Shown here piece by piece: positions 58,411-64,000 of a DNA stretch of 64,000 nt (positions are counted from its first letter, which is position 1; each line of letters begins with the position of its first letter). Location: assembly GCF_009914755.1 (NCBI RefSeq), contig NC_060934.1; one strand, given 5' to 3'. This stretch comes from the human T2T-CHM13v2.0 reference genome, Homo sapiens. A program made the translations under genes and the position numbers. The notes below the pieces were generated by a model. That model worked only from the letters and a program-made list of their open reading frames with translations. It was not told the DNA's origin and did not search any database.

Positions 58411-59050
58411 GCCACTGTGTATGCAGTAGGTCCACTATGTATGCAGTAAGATCACTGTGTATGCAGTAGGTCCACTATGTATGCAGTAAGATCACTGTGT
58501 ATGCAGTAGGTCCACTATGTATGCAGTAAGACCACTGTGTATGCAGTAGGTCCACTATGTATGCAGTAAGATCACTGTGTATGCAGTAGGTCCACTATGT
58601 ATGCAGTAAGACCACTGTGTATGCAGTAGGTCCACTATGCATGCAGTAAGATCACTATGTATACAGTAAATCCACTACGTATGCAGCAGGACCACTATGT
58701 ATGCAGTAAGACCACTATGTATGCAGTAGGTCCACTATGTATGCAGTAAGATCACTGTGTATGCAGTAGGTCCACCATGTATGCAGTAGATCCACTATGT
58801 ATGCAGTAGGACCACTATGTATGCAGTATGACCATTATGTATGCAGTAGGTCTACTATGTATGCAGTAGGTCCAACACATATGCAGTAGGTCTACTATGT
58901 ATGCAGTGGGACCACTATGTATGCAGTAGGTCCACTGTGTATGCAGAAGGTCCAACACATATGCAGTGGGTCTACTACGTATACAGTGGGACCACTATGT
59001 ATGCAGTAGGTCCACTATGTATGCAGTAGGTCCATTATGTATGTAGTAGG
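58411..59050. repeat. 20-bp VNTR, 32 copies with no indels, embedded in an L2-like 3' end
   Basis: Unit tccactatgtatgcagtagg; phase held across 640 bp. Confidence 0.97.
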
Positions 59051-60189
59051 TCTGCAAAGACTTTGCTGATTGATCTGAGGAAGGATAAGAGGATATGAAT
59101 GTTTTTCCTGTGGCTCTGGGAGTAAGAAGCGTTTAGGGCTACACACCTAACTACCTCCTGGCCTAATGGATGCTCTGTGGGCCTGTGTGAGAGCAAGAAG
59201 AAAGGCTGAACACCCCTGTGAGAACCATGTCAGAGCCGTGGCTCCAAAAACCACGCGAGATGGCATGCTCTGAGGCCTCTTCCTCGTGTTTAATGACTCG
59301 TGGCAAAGTGTGGATTCTCGCGGATATTTACAAATGACTTCCGTTTACCACCGGACAGTTCTATTGCTGAGTGGTCTGATTTCCTGGATTATGTCCTAAG
59401 AAAGTTTAGGACAATGCCCCTAAAGTGGTCATTTAGTGCCCACGGAAGCTTGGTGCTTTGTGTGTCATGATGGTGCATCAGGAGTTTGCAAAAAAAAAAG
59501 AGAGAGATAAATAAAAAGTAAAAGGCACAGATGGGGCATGGACAGCTTCTCATTGCTTGTTCCATGTGATGGAACTCAACACATCTGCTCTGCTGCGGAA
59601 AGCATCTTTGCACTAATTTGTTTGTCAGTGTCCATTGAGAGGACGATCTGTCATCCTGTCGCATTTTGGTTGCCCCGAGATGTTTGAAGACAAGGCTAGC
59701 CACAAATTGGAACTGTGGCCACTGGGGAGTAAGTGGTGGAAACCACCAGCTGTTCTAAGTAACATCAATTGTGATTTTTTTGTAAAGATGAAATTTCAAC
59801 CTAAGGTCTCCAAAAGCATTTATCAGCTGCATGAAAAAAAGCTAATCACTGTAACAGAAGAGTGAGTCTCTTCTAACGCACGTCCTGGGGTGCGTGCGTG
59901 GAAGCCTTGTTACAGCTGGAAAAGCAAGAGAAGGGGGTGGTCAGAATTCAATGAGCCTGGAGCCTCTATTTTGCTCCATGGTATTTTAAGTCTTTCTGGT
60001 CAAAGGTAACAAGCATTATCCTGTAATTGGACTACGGTTTCAGGAACAAGAATTGAGATTTCATTGTGCTACTGCATTTGATTTCCTGATCAAATGCTGT
60101 GATCTGGTCATGGTTCTCCTGCCCTATATACCACCTGTTTCTCAGGATACTTTACGCTGAATGGCATTCATTTATTTGGGTTTTTGTTT

Positions 60190-60285
60190 CCCTGAATCCA
60201 TTTTAATCTTCCCGGAGCATAGAGACTATGCTTTGTCCTAGAACACAATAGATGCTCAACAAATGTTGCTTTGATTGAATCAATT
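60190..60285 (+). mobile_element. L2 3' end
   Basis: cctagaacacaatagatgctcaacaaatgttgctttgattgaat. Confidence 0.6.
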
Positions 60286-62790
60286 CAAGTTTGCATCCTT
60301 CAAGCAATACCTGAAGTATCTAATCTTTTATACTGAATGTGTTGCTGTCCAGGATTCCAGGGATTTGCTTGCATACTCCCAGTCCTCTGTCACTGGGCAG
60401 GTCTCTGTGGAGCACCGCGGTGTGGGAGCCTGGGCTCGCTCACTCCGCTTAGATCTTGTAGAAGATGGTTGGATCTAAGCAGAACCTTCCATCTACAGCC
60501 TCTCAAGTTGCCAACCCATAAAAACCAGCTGTGCTCCTGGCTCAGTAACCCTTCAGTCCTTGCCTTTCTCTGACTTCTCTTCCTTGTCAGCAGGTTAGTT
60601 TGTAGCCTGAACTGCATGATGGAGATTGAGCTGGATCTATTTTAATTGCCATGAAGACATCATGGGCAGGAAGCATGCATGCTGGAATAGATTAGCAAAC
60701 ATTGACTCCTCACGAAAGCCACAGCCTTCCAACTGCAACTCAGTGGTCAGAGGAGGATGAGCAAAAGTGGAGGACAGAGAATGACCCGACGTGGAGCTGA
60801 GCGGGTGAGGGCTAATCTCACAGAGGCATGTTACTCAAAAATGCGGAAACAGGTTCTTTCAGGAGGTTAGAGTTTCCTTCCTCGACTCAAGCAGTCATTC
60901 TGAGCATGTGGCATTTGTCAGAAGGTTGTGTTTATGTTTTATGCTTGATCTATAATGACACAACAAAACTCATATAGAGAAGGGGAATCAAGATCTGATG
61001 TGTAAAAGAGCCTGTGGTTTAAAATATGGAGGTATTTTGGGCTCCCTGGTGAGAGGTGAGGCCAAGCAATGCAGCACACAGATGAGCTCTGCAGTGCCAG
61101 CCTCATTAGGTCGGCCTGCGTGGTCCTCTGAAATGTACAGTTCTGTTGTCGTCACTGTGTATAAACAGAACAAGGAGAGAACTGCCTTATTCCTGGGCAC
61201 TGGCCTTTTTAAATCCTTTCTTTTTCTCTTTAAATTTCATGTTCCCTTGTCATTGTTGCTGTAAAACCGAAGCCCTCTTCTGCGTGGCGATTTGGAGAAC
61301 ACAGTCAGCATGCACACACATCATTCTTCAGGTGCAGTTATGACAGAAGGATGGTCCTGTCTCATCCCTACACCTGTGAGGCCTCAGTTCTGCCTCTCTC
61401 CCCTGTTGTGGCCTTGGAAGGAAAAGCCTCCAGCTCTGAGTCTGCTGCCAGGTGGAGGTTCTTCCATTTGATAAGGTGAGGAGCGTGAATGGATGGAGCT
61501 GAGCTTCTGAGACTCGGAGACCAGTGAACCTGCTTGCCACGCTGGGCAAGAGAGCCCAGGGGCTGGCCCAGGAGAGGCGGCAAGGCTGTGTGCAGACACT
61601 TTGCCCCTGGTTGACTCCTGACGGCACTTACTCCACCACTGCATCCCTTCTATACCCTGCTTCTCCCTTCAGACAAGGGGCAGACTCCTAAGAAGGCAGC
61701 TTTGTGTTGGACAAAACACAGTGGGGACAGGAACCTAAAGCAGTTGTGAAAGAGCCGGAGGACCCCTGTCCCCAAACCCTGCCCATCGGGAAGAGGCCAC
61801 AGAGCTATGTGTCGGCCCCACGCTTGGGCAGACCACTGCAGGCACGTGTGTACTCCGCTGGGCTCCAGGGGCCTGATTTTTTAAGTTATCCCTGAGATTG
61901 AGTTATAAAATTTAGATCCTCCATAAGTAGACTCACATGGAGTCCCAGCTGATTTCTGATAAGGGTGGAAAAGGAATTCAGTGGAGGACAGGTCACCTTT
62001 TTAGAACATGGTGTGGGAGTTCTCAGATGTGATGCTGAGTACAATTCATAAAAGAGAAAATGCAGACATCAGACCTCATCAGAATTAAAAGCTGTTCTGT
62101 TCTGCAGAAGACTCTGTTAAGAGGGTATGAGAAGCTCAAGATTAAGATAAAGTATTTGCAAACCACATGTCTGGCAAAGGACTTATGTCTAAAAAAATAT
62201 AAAGAACTCTCAAAACTTAGTAACAAAGTCGGCAATACCATTAGAAACGGGCAAAAGACAAGAAAAGATGTTTCACTGAAGATGATATACAGTTGGCAAA
62301 TAGGCATATGAAAAGATGTTCAATGTCATTAGCCATTAAGGAGATGCAAATTAAAACTACAGTGAGATGTTACCATATACCTGGCAGAATGGCTTGATTG
62401 AAAAGTGGTGACCACACCAAATGCTGGTGAAGATGTAGGGAAACTGGATCATTCATACGTTGCTGGTGGGAAAGTAAAATGTTACAGCCACTCTGGAAAA
62501 CAGTTTGGCAGTTTCTTATAAAACTAAACATGCAACTACCACATGACCCAGAGGTCACATTTTTGGGCATTAATCCTGGAGGAATGGAAATTTATGTTTG
62601 CATAAAAAACTGTACATGGATGTTTATAGCAGCTTTATTTATAATAGCTCCACACTGGAATTAGTCCAGACCAGGTGTTCATCAGTGGTGAATGGTTAAA
62701 CACACCATGGTCATACACACTGCTCAACAATAAGAGGAAATGAACTATCTGTATACACAACTTAGATAAATCTCCTGGGAATCATGCTGA

Positions 62791-63429
<639 letters not shown>

Positions 63430-63768
63430 TTTTATTCCTTTTATATGACATTTTTGAAATGACTAAACTATGGAAATGGAGAACAGATTAGTGGTTGTCA
63501 TGGGTTAGAGATTGGGGGCTGGGGATGGGAGGGAGGGGGGTGTGCTTATGAAAGGGACAACATGGGGACCTTGTGGTGACCGGATGTTCTGTGTTCTTCA
63601 CAGTGATGGTGGAGGTACAAGCCTCCACCTGTGATAAAATTACACAGATTTAAACACATGCACTTACACACACACACACGCAAACCCACACACACATACA
63701 CACACGGACACACACACACACACGGACACACACACACACACGGACAAGGAAACAAGTCAAACAGGAAA

Positions 63769-63935
63769 TCTGAATAAGGTGGGTGGAGGGCACCAGTGTC
63801 TATATTCTGGTCTGAATCAGGTGGGTGGAGGGCACCAGTGTCTATATTCTGGTCTGAATCAGGTGGGTGGGGGCACCAGTGTCTATATTCTGGTCTGAAT
63901 AAGGTGGGTGGAGGGCACCAGTGTCTATATTCTGG
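63769..63935. repeat. 42-bp tandem repeat, 4 copies, within the L1 3'UTR
   Basis: tctgaat(a/c)aggtgggtggagggcaccagtgtctatattctgg x4 (third copy 41 bp). Confidence 0.95.
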
Positions 63936-64000
63936 TTGTGATGGTGTGCTCTAGTTTTGCTAGTTGTTATCATGGAGGGAAGCCGGGTATGAGGTATGTG

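Noticed and set aside
58411-59050. Regular, partly palindromic 20-bp repeats resembling a CRISPR array
   Set aside because: Head-to-tail units with no unique spacers, no cas genes, and a primate genome context

Overview
Primate, most likely human, non-coding genomic DNA (intronic or intergenic). The evidence is AluJ/AluS/AluY, L1PB/L1MA/L1ME-type LINEs, L2, MIR, Tigger1, MER53, MLT1 and two intact solo ERV LTRs with target-site duplications. GC-rich unique sequence alternates with about a dozen minisatellite or microsatellite arrays, a pattern typical of subtelomeric bands. I find no credible protein-coding exon, RNA gene, CRISPR array or new biological system. The long ORFs all come from tandem repeats, Alu or decayed L1. 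The most notable features are structural: (1) two independent local duplications of the same L1 ORF2 segment in two different L1s; (2) a near full-length ancient L1ME-type element with a candidate TSD; (3) an 18-bp repeat forming an array of 5' splice-site motifs directly after a branch point/3'ss/5'ss ratchet-like motif; (4) a 30-bp repeat carrying poly(A)-signal hexamers on both strands; (5) VNTRs with higher-order structure, one apparently born inside an L2 tail; (6) a MER53 split by an L1. Repeat subfamily names come from recalled consensus sequences and need RepeatMasker/Dfam confirmation.
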